Shown in pieces: positions 1 through 11,356 of a DNA stretch of 64,000 bases. The position numbers were made by a program, and so were the translations under genes. The notes below the pieces were generated by a model. That model was given only the letters and a program-made list of their open reading frames with translations. It ran no database searches and had not been told where the DNA came from. The stretch comes from an uncultured Acidobacteriota bacterium. Lineage in GTDB: Bacteria > Acidobacteriota > UBA6911 > RPQK01 > JAPXNP01. The stretch is from positions 448,001-512,000 of the forward strand of contig CAVZRV010000011.1 in the NCBI GenBank assembly GCA_963777605.1, given 5' to 3'. Numbering within the stretch: position 1 is the stretch's first letter; the number at the start of each line of letters is the position of its first letter.

Positions 1-165
1 CCGATGGAAGCGTTCCAGTGGTACCTCGACCTGCGACGTTTTGGGACTGTTCCTCATGGTGGTTTCGGGATGGGAATCGAGCGGGTCGTCTCGTGGATCT
101 GCAAGCTCGACCACGTCAGGGAGACCATTCCTTTCCCTCGAATGCTCTATCGGATGTACCCGTGA
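1..165 (+). CDS. asnS: Asparaginyl-tRNA synthetase, C-terminal fragment (5' truncated by window)
   Basis: Frame 1 reads [54 protein letters not shown], the class II motif 3 / AsnRS C-terminus; TGA at 163-165. Not in the ORF track. Confidence 0.93.
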   Translation, partial: PMEAFQWYLDLRRFGTVPHGGFGMGIERVVSWICKLDHVRETIPFPRMLYRMYP

Positions 166-250
166 GATCGGGGACGGGGGCGGCCGACAGAGGCGGATGC
201 CCGGCTACCCTGGAAGACACGAATACTCACTTTCAAAACAGGAGTTCTCA

Positions 251-1168
251 ATGGAGACAAGAATCCTGAGAGGTAAGAATGTTGCGGAGGCGATAAAGGC
301 GGAGGTGGCCAGCGCCGCCGATCAACTTCGGGAACGTGGGATCGTGCCCGGCCTGGCCGCGGTTCTCGTCGGCGACGACCCAGCTTCCCAGCTTTATGTC
401 AGCAACAAGACCCGGACCTGTGAAGAACTCGGCATGCACTCGGAACTGGTCCGACTCCCCTCCGAAACCGGGACCGAAGAATTGCTTCGTGAGGTCGATC
501 GGCTCAATCGTGACGACGCCATCGACGGAATTCTCGTACAATTGCCCCTGCCCGACCAGATCGACGAAGAGCGCGTGCTGAACGCTGTAGTGCCCGAGAA
601 GGATGTCGATGGATTTCACCCGGTCAATGTGGGCAGGTTGATGGTTGGCAACTTCACCCTGGCGCCCTGCACTCCCATGGGAATCATGGAGATGCTGCGC
701 CAGGAGAACATACCTGTCAAGGGCGCGGAAGCCGTCGTCGTGGGACGAAGCAACATCGTGGGCAAGCCGATGGCCATGCTGCTTCTCCACCAACATGCCA
801 CGGTTACCCTCTGTCACTCAAGGACCCGCAACCTCCCCGAAGTCTGCCGACGAGCCGACATCCTGATTGTGGCGATTGGGCGCCCTGCCATGGTCACCCG
901 GGAGTTCATTCGCGAAGGCGCGGTGATCATCGATGTCGGGACTAACCGGGTCGAGTCGGAAGCCGAAGTTCGCAGGCTGTTTGGTGACGACTCTCCCCGC
1001 ATCGAATCGTTCGGGAAGCGGGGTTCGACCCTTGTCGGCGACGTGCACCCACGGGATCCCTACGGGATCGCGGCCGCCGTCACTCCGGTTCCGGGAGGAG
1101 TGGGCCCGCTGACGATTGCGCACCTTATGAAGAACACGCTGCTGGCCTGTCAGGCACGCCGGGGCTAG
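251..1168 (+). CDS. folD: Bifunctional methylenetetrahydrofolate dehydrogenase/cyclohydrolase
   Basis: Motifs DGILVQLPLP, KDVDGFHP, PCTP, GRSNIVGKP, TPVPGGVGPLT; start reset to ATG 251 after AGGAG. Confidence 0.97.
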   Translation: METRILRGKNVAEAIKAEVASAADQLRERGIVPGLAAVLVGDDPASQLYVSNKTRTCEELGMHSELVRLPSETGTEELLREVDRLNRDDAIDGILVQLPLPDQIDEERVLNAVVPEKDVDGFHPVNVGRLMVGNFTLAPCTPMGIMEMLRQENIPVKGAEAVVVGRSNIVGKPMAMLLLHQHATVTLCHSRTRNLPEVCRRADILIVAIGRPAMVTREFIREGAVIIDVGTNRVESEAEVRRLFGDDSPRIESFGKRGSTLVGDVHPRDPYGIAAAVTPVPGGVGPLTIAHLMKNTLLACQARRG

Positions 1169-1346
1169 TGTCCGGTCACGTCGGCATGGCACTTTCAGCA
1201 ACGCGAGAAGCGGCTCAGAGCCTAAGCAGCCGTCGCTTTATGCTATGTTAAGGGCTCTGATTGGAATCAGGAATTCAGGGTTCGGCGCTCCGGTCCGGGT
1301 GCCGAATCGTAAACCGTCAATCAACAGTTCGCTAGTTCAGAGAACC

Positions 1347-2288
1347 ATGAAGAAGGCGCTAATCTTCCTCCTTTTTTTCGGGACCATTCCGGGGTTCGCA
1401 CAGGTCAATCCTGTTGAGAAAATCAAAGTTTCGAAGGGGCCCTACTTCGCCACGTTGAGTTCGGATGGTTCACTGCTCTACGTCACGAGTTTCGCTGACA
1501 GCGAAGTCGAGGCGATCGACACGAACACGCTGGAAATCCGGAAATCGTTCTACGGCGGTTACGAACCGGTGGGCATCGCAGTAACCCCGGCGGGAGACAA
1601 GTTGTTTATCACCAACCTCTCCCCCGGGCTGGTCAAGGTCGTCGATCCTACCAACTATGAGATTCTAGACGACGTCAAAGTCGGTGGGCGACCGGCGAAT
1701 GTTGTCATGTCCGGCAACGGGCTTCAGGCCTTCATCCTGAACTTCGGACGGGGCAAGATCGGCCGGGTCGATTTCGTCGACACCAGTACACACCGCGTAA
1801 TCGGGGGGGTCGATATCGGAGTGCGCCCGGTAGCGGGAGTTGCTTCACCTTTGGGAGACCAGCTCTTCGTCGCCTGCTCCGGCTCCAACGACCTCTACGT
1901 GATCGACGTGATCCGGCGTGAAATCGTCAAGCAGATCCCGGTTGGACTGGCTCCCGACGGCATAGCGATTTCACCCGACGGGTTGACACTTTACGTCGCC
2001 AACAGCAACACCAACGACATTTCAGTCGTGGACCTTCTCGACCTCAGGGAGGTTCGCCGGGCACCGGTTGGAGCCAAACCGTTCTCCATGGCAGTAGCAC
2101 CCGACGGCCGCATTCTCATCGTGGAAACCGGAGACAAAGTGGTTTCCCTCTATACGCCCGATTTCAAGAAGATCCGGTCGTTCAAGGCAGAGAACAAGCC
2201 GGTGGACGTCGTCCTGTCCCGCGACGGCAAACGGATCTTCGTCACCGACGAGAAAGACAACCGGGTCCTCGTTTATTCGATGCCGTAA
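1347..2288 (+). CDS. Secreted YVTN/YncE-type beta-propeller repeat protein
   Basis: Signal peptide MKKALIFLLFFGTIPGFAQ; repeated P-x-G-I-A-x-S/T-P-D-G-x-x-L-Y-V blades (e.g. PDGIAISPDGLTLYVAN). Confidence 0.85.
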   Translation: MKKALIFLLFFGTIPGFAQVNPVEKIKVSKGPYFATLSSDGSLLYVTSFADSEVEAIDTNTLEIRKSFYGGYEPVGIAVTPAGDKLFITNLSPGLVKVVDPTNYEILDDVKVGGRPANVVMSGNGLQAFILNFGRGKIGRVDFVDTSTHRVIGGVDIGVRPVAGVASPLGDQLFVACSGSNDLYVIDVIRREIVKQIPVGLAPDGIAISPDGLTLYVANSNTNDISVVDLLDLREVRRAPVGAKPFSMAVAPDGRILIVETGDKVVSLYTPDFKKIRSFKAENKPVDVVLSRDGKRIFVTDEKDNRVLVYSMP

Positions 2289-2332
2289 GAGACATGGTCG
2301 TCACTTCACGTCCAAGAGCTGAAGCTCTTCCT

Positions 2333-3289
2333 TCAGCTCTCCAGATGGGACCGGCGGTACCAATCCACGAAGTGTGCGATTCCTTCCTTGATCCCTGTGG
2401 AAGGTTCAAAACCGAGAAGTTCCCGGGCCTTGGAGATGTCGGCGCTGGTAATGGGGACATCTCCCGCCTGGGCCGACTTCAATTCGATCGTGGCCTGAAG
2501 GCCAGTGGCGTCTTCGAGACAGCGGATCAGTTCCAGGAGCCGAACCGTTCGAGAATTTCCCAGGTTGAAGATCTCGAACTCAAATGGGTGACCGAGTGCG
2601 GCCAGGATTCCCTGAACGATATCCATCACATAGGTGTAATCCCGCTCTGACTGCCCCTGGTGAAAAACCGGGATCGTCTCACCCTGGTAGAGCATCCGGG
2701 TGAACTTGTGGATGGCCATTTCCGGACGCTGGCGGGGGCCGTACACCGTGAAGAACCGCAGGCAGGTGACCGGGAGGCCATAGTTGTGGTGATAGCTGTA
2801 GCAGAGCAGTTCCCCGGCCCGCTTGGTAACGGCGTAGGGAGAAATCAGCCGCTCCAGCGGGTCGGTCTCGCTGAACGGAACCTTGCTGTTGACGCCGTAG
2901 ACCGAGGAACTGCTTCCAAAAATGAAGTTCGCGGCTCGATGCTTCCGGGCCCTTTCCAGTAAATTGATCGTGCCGGTAACATTGACCCGGTCGTAAAGCG
3001 AGGGGTTTTCCAGTGAGGGGCGGACCCCCGCATAGGCCGCAAGGTGGATGATGGTCTCCGGGGCTCTCTCCCGAAAAAGCTGGTCCAGCGCCGGTTCATC
3101 GAGCAGATCGGCACGGCGCAGGTCGAATTCGCCGGCAGCGGCGACCTGACGGACGTTCCGTTCCTTGATCGGCGGATCGTAGAAATCGTTGAAGTTGTCG
3201 AGGACGGTCAACTCGTGCCCTTGGCGCAGCAGCGCCTCGCAGAGATGAGACCCAATGAATCCGGCTCCTCCGGTGACCAAAACACGCAT
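2333..3289 (-). CDS. NAD-dependent nucleotide-sugar epimerase (UDP-glucuronate 4-epimerase-like)
   Basis: TGGAGFIG, HLAAYAGVRPS, SSSSVYG, YAVTK (YxxxK), LRFFTVYGPRQRPEMA. Confidence 0.92.
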   Translation of the reverse strand: MRVLVTGGAGFIGSHLCEALLRQGHELTVLDNFNDFYDPPIKERNVRQVAAAGEFDLRRADLLDEPALDQLFRERAPETIIHLAAYAGVRPSLENPSLYDRVNVTGTINLLERARKHRAANFIFGSSSSVYGVNSKVPFSETDPLERLISPYAVTKRAGELLCYSYHHNYGLPVTCLRFFTVYGPRQRPEMAIHKFTRMLYQGETIPVFHQGQSERDYTYVMDIVQGILAALGHPFEFEIFNLGNSRTVRLLELIRCLEDATGLQATIELKSAQAGDVPITSADISKARELLGFEPSTGIKEGIAHFVDWYRRSHLES

Positions 3290-3405
3290 CGTGGGTAGGA
3301 TTGTAACGCAGCCACCGGAACCTCAGGTACCTGGTTTCGGGTTTCGGGCTCGGGCATCAGGTCAAAGAGTAGACCTCACATCCTCCTGCCTTTTGTCTTC
3401 GCCCC

Positions 3406-4395
3406 TCACCTTCCCTCGAGTTGTTCCGTTCCGAAGTCGGGCACCGGAAAGGCTTCGTCTTTCTTGTACAGCGAATAGACGATTCCCCCGGGGACGGCGG
3501 TCATCGCCACCACCACCAGATTGAGGAGCGAAAGCGTCACGGCCGCCTCGACCGGGACGCCGACCTCCGAGAAAAGAAGGTAGTAGACGGCCTCACGCAA
3601 ACCCATGCCGTTGATGGTAAGGGGCACCGCCACCGAGAGGTTGACCAGAGGGATAAAAACCAGAAAGAGTGAAAACGGAGCCTTGATGCCGATTGACAGA
3701 GCGGCGAACCACATCGCCACAATTACCGTGATCTGAATTACCAGGGAAGACAACGTCATAATGAGAATCGTCCGGGAGTTGCCCCTGAGTTGGTTCAGAC
3801 CCTGGTATACGAGTTCGAAACGCTCGATCAGTCGAACCAGTCCGAATCGCTGAAGGAGGCGATGCATCTGGGCGTGAGACCAGGGGTGAAAGAGCAACAC
3901 GATTCCGATCGAGAAGCCCAGAGCCAACAGGCCCATCAGGGGCAGCAGCGATCGCCCGTGGACACGGACCGGGTAAATGAGAATCGACACCAGTCCAATC
4001 AGCAACATGGCGAAGAGACCCGCTACCCGGTCAACGAATGTCGTCGTCAAGGTCGTGGACATCCCTCGCGACTCTCGCCTCGCCAGGTAGAAAGCCCGGA
4101 AGAAGTCTCCTCCTACCGCCGAAGGAAGCAGCATGTTGAAGAAGTAGCCGATCATGCAAATCTGGGTGAGCTTCCAGAACGGGGTTCTAATGGAGAAATC
4201 CGCCAGGATCGATTTCCATCGAACAACCGAAGGCAGGACCGTCGCCAGGTGAAGAAACCCAGCCACCAGTACCAGCCGCCAGTCGGCGGACGAAAGGACC
4301 TCCCAGAATTCTCTCAGGTCCATTCTGGATACCAGGAAACCCAGAAGCCCCAGCGTGATTGCCGCTTTAATCAGTACCCGCAACCGGTTCGACAT
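3406..4395 (-). CDS. Lysylphosphatidylglycerol synthase TM-region (UPF0104, flippase-like) membrane protein
   Basis: Multi-TM; RW, GYFFNMLLPSAVGGDFFR, DR and PLTINGMGLREA family motifs; start taken at MSNRL. Confidence 0.85.
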   Translation of the reverse strand: MSNRLRVLIKAAITLGLLGFLVSRMDLREFWEVLSSADWRLVLVAGFLHLATVLPSVVRWKSILADFSIRTPFWKLTQICMIGYFFNMLLPSAVGGDFFRAFYLARRESRGMSTTLTTTFVDRVAGLFAMLLIGLVSILIYPVRVHGRSLLPLMGLLALGFSIGIVLLFHPWSHAQMHRLLQRFGLVRLIERFELVYQGLNQLRGNSRTILIMTLSSLVIQITVIVAMWFAALSIGIKAPFSLFLVFIPLVNLSVAVPLTINGMGLREAVYYLLFSEVGVPVEAAVTLSLLNLVVVAMTAVPGGIVYSLYKKDEAFPVPDFGTEQLEGR

Positions 4396-4550
4396 CGATA
4401 CCTGATTCTCCTCAACTGAACCACGTCGGTCACCGCAGCCAATCTTTCCCATGCCGGGCCAACTGGCAAATCAGAGCGGCCACCACGCTCCGATTGAGGC
4501 AGCCATTCTCCGGCGGTGATTCGACACGGCGTTCCACTATAATAAGGCTC

Positions 4551-4970
4551 ATGCCAGTTTACGAGTATCTGTGCCACGATTGTAACCGTCAATTCTCCCG
4601 GTTCTTCCAGCGCATCTCCGAGGCGGACGGAACCCGCTGCAGGTGTGGGAGCACGAATCTCGAGCAACTGGTTTCCCGGGTCGCGATGCATCGATCCGAG
4701 GAAAGCCGCATCGAAAATCTCGCCGACCCGGCCAAGTGGGGTGACGTGGACGAGAACGATCCCAAGGCAATGGCCCGCATGATGCGCAAGCTCGGTGGCG
4801 AAATGGGTGAAGACCTGGGGCCCGAATTCGACGAGATGGTCGATCGACTCGAGGCGGGTGAAGATCCCGAAGAGATTGAAAGGTCGATGGGCGATTCCCT
4901 CGGGGGGATGGACGATGCCGGCGGCCCGGATCTTTCTGGCGGGGCTGCCGATTACGACAACCTCTTCTAG
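4551..4970 (+). CDS. FmdB-family zinc-ribbon protein with acidic C-terminal domain
   Basis: MPVYEYLCHDC...CRCGS zinc ribbon; DENDPKAMARMMRKLGGEMGEDLG tail. Confidence 0.88.
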   Translation: MPVYEYLCHDCNRQFSRFFQRISEADGTRCRCGSTNLEQLVSRVAMHRSEESRIENLADPAKWGDVDENDPKAMARMMRKLGGEMGEDLGPEFDEMVDRLEAGEDPEEIERSMGDSLGGMDDAGGPDLSGGAADYDNLF

Positions 4971-4972
4971 TG

Positions 4973-7342
4973 TCACTCGGCTCCCGATGACCGGCCGATG
5001 GAGATCGCCTCCTCGAAGCGTTCGATGACAGCGTCCCAGCTAAATCTTCTTCGCACAAACTCCCGGCCCAGGAGTCCACGGGCCGGGTCGAGAGTTGCCA
5101 GGATGCGGCGAAAATCCTCCAGGTCCCGGTAGCAGTAACCGCCTCCCGATTCCTCGACCAGGCCGGCTACTACTCCTCCCTGGCGGGCGATCACCGGTTT
5201 CCCGTGCGCCCAGGCCTCCAACGCCAGAATCGACAGGCTCTCCAGTTGCGACGGGATGGCGACGGCGAGACAACCGTCCAGGAGTGCTCGCTTGGCGTCT
5301 TCATCGACGACGCCTTCATACTCGGCCGGGACTGGAACCGAAATCTGCGCCGGACCAGCGACTTTCAATCGTTCCCCGAGCAGGCGACAATACTCAAAGA
5401 GCTCAGAAACGTTCTTGCCGACCTCGATGCGCCCGATGTAAAGCAGGTAATCGCCGCGCCGAGGAGTGCTCTCTACGGGAACTACTCCGAAGCCGGCCAC
5501 GACGCTCGGCACCGCCTGGTTCCCATATTCCTCGTGGACAAACTCCCGCTCTTGTTCCGTCATGAAAACAATGCATCGCGGCTGGGCAAACATCCTCCTG
5601 AAAACCGAGAACTTTGCCGCCGGCTCGTCGTGAGCCGTTGGGACAAGGATGGCCCGGTCGAGCATCCGGGGCATGCCGAAGACCGTTGGGTAGTAGAGGT
5701 ATGTGAAGAACAGCACAGCGTCGTAGGTCCCTCCGGCTCGGGAAAGATAGGTCACCAGGTCAGGCACATTGGGCCCCTGGAAATAGACCCAAAGCCGCTC
5801 CATCCACGCAGGCAAGAAGAGGTTCCGCTTGAGGGCAAACAGAAAGCCCGAGATCCACCCGAACAACCGCCAATGCCGGTGCCAGGCAACCGGAAATCGA
5901 CGGACCAGCACGGGCCCATCCCAGGATCCACCTTCGGGATAGAAATTGTCCCAATTCCGGTAGTCATGGGCGCAAGTAGTCAGCACTTCAACAGCAAATC
6001 GGCCGGATAGCCGAAGTGAAACTTGACGGGCGAGACTTTCGGCGCCGCCAATCACATCTTCTCCATAGCGCTGAACAACTACCCCGATTCGGGACCTCCC
6101 GCCGGCTTCGATCGGGGGATCGTCCGCGATTGGAGTCGTCAGGAATCGGCGGGCGGCGACGGCATAGGCGATCGCCAGGGTGGTTTCCGCTCCAAGGAGG
6201 GCCCATGCGGCCCCCACACTGCTCAACCTCGGGATAAGGATCAGGCTCAGGATGGCGTTGACCACGAGCGCGCTGCCGGTCGCCCAGGCCAGCCGTCCCA
6301 CCAGTTCTCTCCGACTCAGCAGAACGTGGCTGAAGGCCATGCCGACGAAAACGGGAATCACCGCCCATCCGAGAACCTTGAGGACAGGTATTGAGGTCGC
6401 GTAGTTGGGACCGAACACCAAGAGCAGCAATGGTTTTCCGAACAGGTAAAGCGCCCCGGCAGCCGGCAGGGAGAGAAGCACCATGAGTCCGAGTGAACGT
6501 CGAAACAGCCTCTTAAATCCCCGGCTGGCCCCTTGGAAAGCGGCAAAGGAGGGGAGCAGCGCGCTGAAGATCCCCACCGGTATATTGTTCAAGGCCAGCG
6601 GTATCCGGGCGGCGGCGGCGTAGATCCCGGCGTCGAAGGGAGCTGCCATGAAGGTCAGGAGGGTCACCGCCAGGCGGCCTGAGGCACTCTGAAACAGCGT
6701 CGCCAACCCTACCGGTATCGACTGAACGGCCAGGGAACGGGCTCCCGCGAATTTCACAGTGAAGGGGTGAAGCCTTCGGTGGAAGACCGCAAAGTTGGTA
6801 ACCGTCGCGACCAGTGCAGCGACGGTGTAGGCCGAGCCGAGCGCTATGAGTCGGCCTCCCTGGGACAGCAGGACCAGTCCGACGGTCACTTGGGTTCCAA
6901 AGAGCAGGATAATGTTGAGGCTGCCGAGGTAGAGTCGTCCATGGGACTGAAAAATGACATTCAGGCCCATGGAGAGGCTCTGGAAGACCATTCCGAACCC
7001 CATGATGACGAGCATCCAGCGGGTCGCCTCCCCCAGTTCGACGACCCACGAGACCACCAGCACGATGGCGAAAAGCAAGCCCGCGACCACGAGCTTCAGC
7101 CCCAGGAAGACCGGGAGCACTTCCCGCGACCGCTCCCGGTCGGCTGAGATCGTTCGAAGAGCGGTATTGTGAATCCCCAGGTCACCACCGACCAGAAGGA
7201 TCTGGACAATGCTCCAACCAAACGAGTAGAGCCCGAAATCATGGGGACCCAGTATCCGGGCGGCCACAATCGTGTAGAGGGTCTGAATCAGGAGTACGAC
7301 CCCGAAGGCGCCGAGCTGCGAAACTGCGTTGACCGCGATCAA
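4973..7342 (-). CDS. Fusion of Wzx/MOP-type oligosaccharide flippase and GT4 glycosyltransferase
   Basis: N-half multi-TM with ARILGPHDFGLY and AGIYAAA; C-half VVQRYGEDVIGGAE, YIGRIEVGKN, ESLSILALEAWAHGKPVI (GT4 E-x7-E); TTG start after GGAGG. Confidence 0.85.
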   Translation of the reverse strand: MIAVNAVSQLGAFGVVLLIQTLYTIVAARILGPHDFGLYSFGWSIVQILLVGGDLGIHNTALRTISADRERSREVLPVFLGLKLVVAGLLFAIVLVVSWVVELGEATRWMLVIMGFGMVFQSLSMGLNVIFQSHGRLYLGSLNIILLFGTQVTVGLVLLSQGGRLIALGSAYTVAALVATVTNFAVFHRRLHPFTVKFAGARSLAVQSIPVGLATLFQSASGRLAVTLLTFMAAPFDAGIYAAAARIPLALNNIPVGIFSALLPSFAAFQGASRGFKRLFRRSLGLMVLLSLPAAGALYLFGKPLLLLVFGPNYATSIPVLKVLGWAVIPVFVGMAFSHVLLSRRELVGRLAWATGSALVVNAILSLILIPRLSSVGAAWALLGAETTLAIAYAVAARRFLTTPIADDPPIEAGGRSRIGVVVQRYGEDVIGGAESLARQVSLRLSGRFAVEVLTTCAHDYRNWDNFYPEGGSWDGPVLVRRFPVAWHRHWRLFGWISGFLFALKRNLFLPAWMERLWVYFQGPNVPDLVTYLSRAGGTYDAVLFFTYLYYPTVFGMPRMLDRAILVPTAHDEPAAKFSVFRRMFAQPRCIVFMTEQEREFVHEEYGNQAVPSVVAGFGVVPVESTPRRGDYLLYIGRIEVGKNVSELFEYCRLLGERLKVAGPAQISVPVPAEYEGVVDEDAKRALLDGCLAVAIPSQLESLSILALEAWAHGKPVIARQGGVVAGLVEESGGGYCYRDLEDFRRILATLDPARGLLGREFVRRRFSWDAVIERFEEAISIGRSSGAE

Positions 7343-7697
7343 TCGCCCTCCAGCTCCGCTGTGACCGGAGAGACCGAAGCACGCGCCTGCAGGTCACAGT
7401 TGCCGGCAAACTCGTAGGCCCCCGGGAGCACCTCAACTGCCGGACTGTCCAGATCGCTTTGTCGGGCCACGCGCACCTACCTATTCGACATGCCACCTCG
7501 AACCTGGAAAAGAACTCCTGGGTGCTGGACTCTATCACGGGAGGCTGAGTGCGAGTAGCCTATTCCACCCGTCGTTGCCCGATCGTTACCGGTTCATCCT
7601 CGAGGAGACTTCATGCGAAGGGCAGCAGGTTCTCGGCCACTCCGGTCGCAAAGCTCGAATCTGAAATCAGAAATCGTAGATCCTGGCTGCCTCTGTC

Positions 7698-8829
7698 CTA
7701 CAGAGAAACCCACGAGCCCGTTCTTGCTGACTCCAGGACCGCGTCACAGACCTGCTGAGTTTCGAGGGCGTCGGCAAAGGTCGGCCCGACTGCATTCCCC
7801 TCTTGCAGACCACGCAGGAAATCGGCCGCCTGGTGAACGAAGCTGTGCTCGTAACCGATCTGAAGGCCGGGAACCCACCAACGGTCCATGTAGGGCATTT
7901 CCCGGTCGGTTACGTGAATCGAATGCCAGCCCCGAACCTCGATATCATCCCGGTGGTCGAAGTACTCGAGCCGGTGCAGGTCGTGGAGGTCCCACTTGAT
8001 CGAGGCATGCTCGCCGTTGATCTCAAAAGTATAGAGTGCCTTGTGGCCGCGCGCGTAACGGGTCGATTCGAACGTGGCGAGCGACCCGTTCCTGAACCGG
8101 GCCAGGAACGCGCAGGCATCGTCGATTTCCACCTTCTCCACAGCCCCGGTCAGGTTGTGCTTGCGCTCCTTGATGAACGTCTCGGTCATCGCCGTCACCG
8201 AGTCGAATCCGCCGTTGAGCCAGATGGCGGTATCGATGCAGTGGGCCAGCAGGTCCCCGGTCACCCCGCTTCCGGCCGATTCGGCATCCAGACGCCACAA
8301 TCCCTCTCCTCCCTGAGGGACTTCGGGAGAGATGGTCCAGTCCTGGAGAAACACCGCCCGGTAGTGGAAGATGCGGCCGAGCCGCCCCTCGTCGATCAAC
8401 TGCTTGGCCAGCGTCACCGCAGGGATTCGCCGGTAGTTGTACCAGACCGTGTTGGCGACCCCCGCCTTCTCGACCGCTTCGACCATTTCCCTGCCTTCGG
8501 CGACGTTGCGGGCCAGAGGTTTCTCGCACAGGATGATCTTTCCTTTCGCCGCCGCCTCCAAGGCGATATCCCGGTGGGTGTCGTTGGGACTGCAGATGTC
8601 CACAGCGTCGATGTCGGGCCGCTCCAGGAGTCGGCGCCAGTCAGTTTCAACCGAAGGGTAGTCCCAGGTTTCTGCAAACTTCCGCGCCCGCTCCTCGTTA
8701 CGGGCGCAGACCGCTTTGAGAACCGGCCTGAATTCGAGTTCAGGAAAGAAATGGGGCACCTTGAGGTAGGCGTTGGAGTGGGCGCGGGCCATGAATCCGT
8801 ACCCGATCATGCCGATGTTCAGTGCCTTC

Positions 8830-8837
<8 letters not shown>
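7698..8837 (-). CDS. Gfo/Idh/MocA family oxidoreductase
   Basis: [39 protein letters not shown]. Confidence 0.93.
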
Positions 8838-9888
<1,051 letters not shown>

Positions 9889-9951
9889 TGAAGCCCTCCT
9901 TCTGTCCAGTGTTTGACGTCGGTTCTCAAGACCTCAATTTCAACTACTCAT

Positions 9952-10042
9952 TTTCAAACGCCAATGCGCCAAGACCGCCAAGCTTCGCTTGAGCTTCAAA
10001 ACCAAGGAAATCTTAGCGTCCATATGCGACTTTGCGGTCAAA
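9952..10042 (+). repeat. Dispersed ~90-bp imperfect palindrome with 9-mer CGCCAAG arms (copy 1)
   Basis: AAACGCCAATGCGCCAAGACCGCCAAG...TCTTAGCGTCCATATGCGACTTTGCGGT; homologous to the reverse complement of 44136-44222. Confidence 0.65.
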
Positions 10043-10060
10043 TCACCTGCGACAACTCTC

Positions 10061-11327
10061 TCAATTGGAATGATCCGCACCCAGCGAAGGGGCCTCCGGG
10101 TTTACTTCCGGCCCGAAATATCGCAGCACGACCAGGTCCTCGCAGGCGGAGGTGTTCTCGAAAACCACGCCTTCGCGGGCCGCCGATTCAGTGCAGAAGA
10201 CTTCGTCCCGGGTGATGTCTTGGAAGCGGATCATTTTTGGGCAGTCTACGGTTAGCTGGTTCATTCGTCCCTGTCCCTGGACCACGATGAGACCGTAGGC
10301 CCCGTTGTCCTTGATCGTGCAGCGGACGCCCGGTTTGACGGTCAGTTCCTTGGCGCTGAATTTCTGCTCCCCCTTGATCCGGCCGTAGACGACCCACAGG
10401 TCCACAAAGCCCTCGGATTCCGTGTCGTCTACCGGAACTGGGGCGAGGAAGTGGTTCTGCTTGAAGTGCGGATCCACGTTCGACTCCCAGTCGAACTGAT
10501 CGACGATCCAGTTCGAGGTCCCGGTGCCTGTCGGCCGGCATGTCCTTGACGAGCAGCGACCAGGGCACTTCCCTCCCCTCGACCAGGGACTGGTACATTC
10601 CGAAAACGTCCGATCCCCACTGGGGCTCATAGGTGCAGAGCGAACCCGGCGCGTGGAGGATGCAGGGCGGAAGCAGCCAGCCCGTCCCAGGCTGGAGCCG
10701 GTAGGCCGCCGACAGGTCAAGGATGCCGTTGTCTCCCGAATTCCAGTTCTCGAGGGAGCGCCGGACATCCTCTTTGGTCGTCCCCGGGGCCAGCCCGAAG
10801 AAGGTGTAGGGGAAGTTGTTTCCCACATTGTTGTGCTGGGGCGGGAAGTAGTAGGACTCGGGCTTGCCTTCCTGCCCGACCAGGGCGGCCTGTTCGTCGC
10901 TCTGATGCATGTGGTGGGGAATCGGGCCCATGTTGTCGAAGAACTTGCTGTAGACCGGCCAGCGCTGGTACTTGTTCCAGATCGACTGGCCGATGAGTTC
11001 TGTCCCGAGTTCCGAGATGGCATCCTTCAGCAGGACCCGCTGGGACCCGTGAAGTACGTAGCTCAGCCCCTCGTCGGGAACCCGTCCTTCATTGGCCGCC
11101 TCGGTAGTCGACGCAAACCAGCGTTCGTCGATCCCGCCTCGGTCCAGGCCGTAAGCGTAGAGATCGCGCGGATCGAGCTTGAGGCGCTTTCCGGGCTGGA
11201 GAAACGACCGTGGAACCCAGTTGGGCAGCAGAGGCAAAAGCCCCCCGTTTGCTTCCAGGGCCGCCTCGATGACTCCTTTGACATTCTTCGATACCGTTTC
11301 CAGCTCTTTTACCGACGTAGGACCCAT
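10061..11327 (-). CDS. Cupin / phosphomannose-isomerase-type-I-like protein, split by one +1 frameshift near 10512
   Basis: ORF 10188..11327 carries PIPHHMHQ, GKPESYY, HAPG; it continues in ORF 10061..11023 as WIVDQFDWE...YFGPEVNP if one base of GAACTGG is removed. Confidence 0.75.
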
Positions 11328-11356
11328 TCAGGCACTCCTTTCCATTCCGGAAAAAC

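Noticed and set aside
166-250. ZTP or THF riboswitch upstream of folD
   Set aside because: Conserved ZTP motifs (GACTGGCG, CGCCTGGG) are absent and the spacer is only 85 nt.
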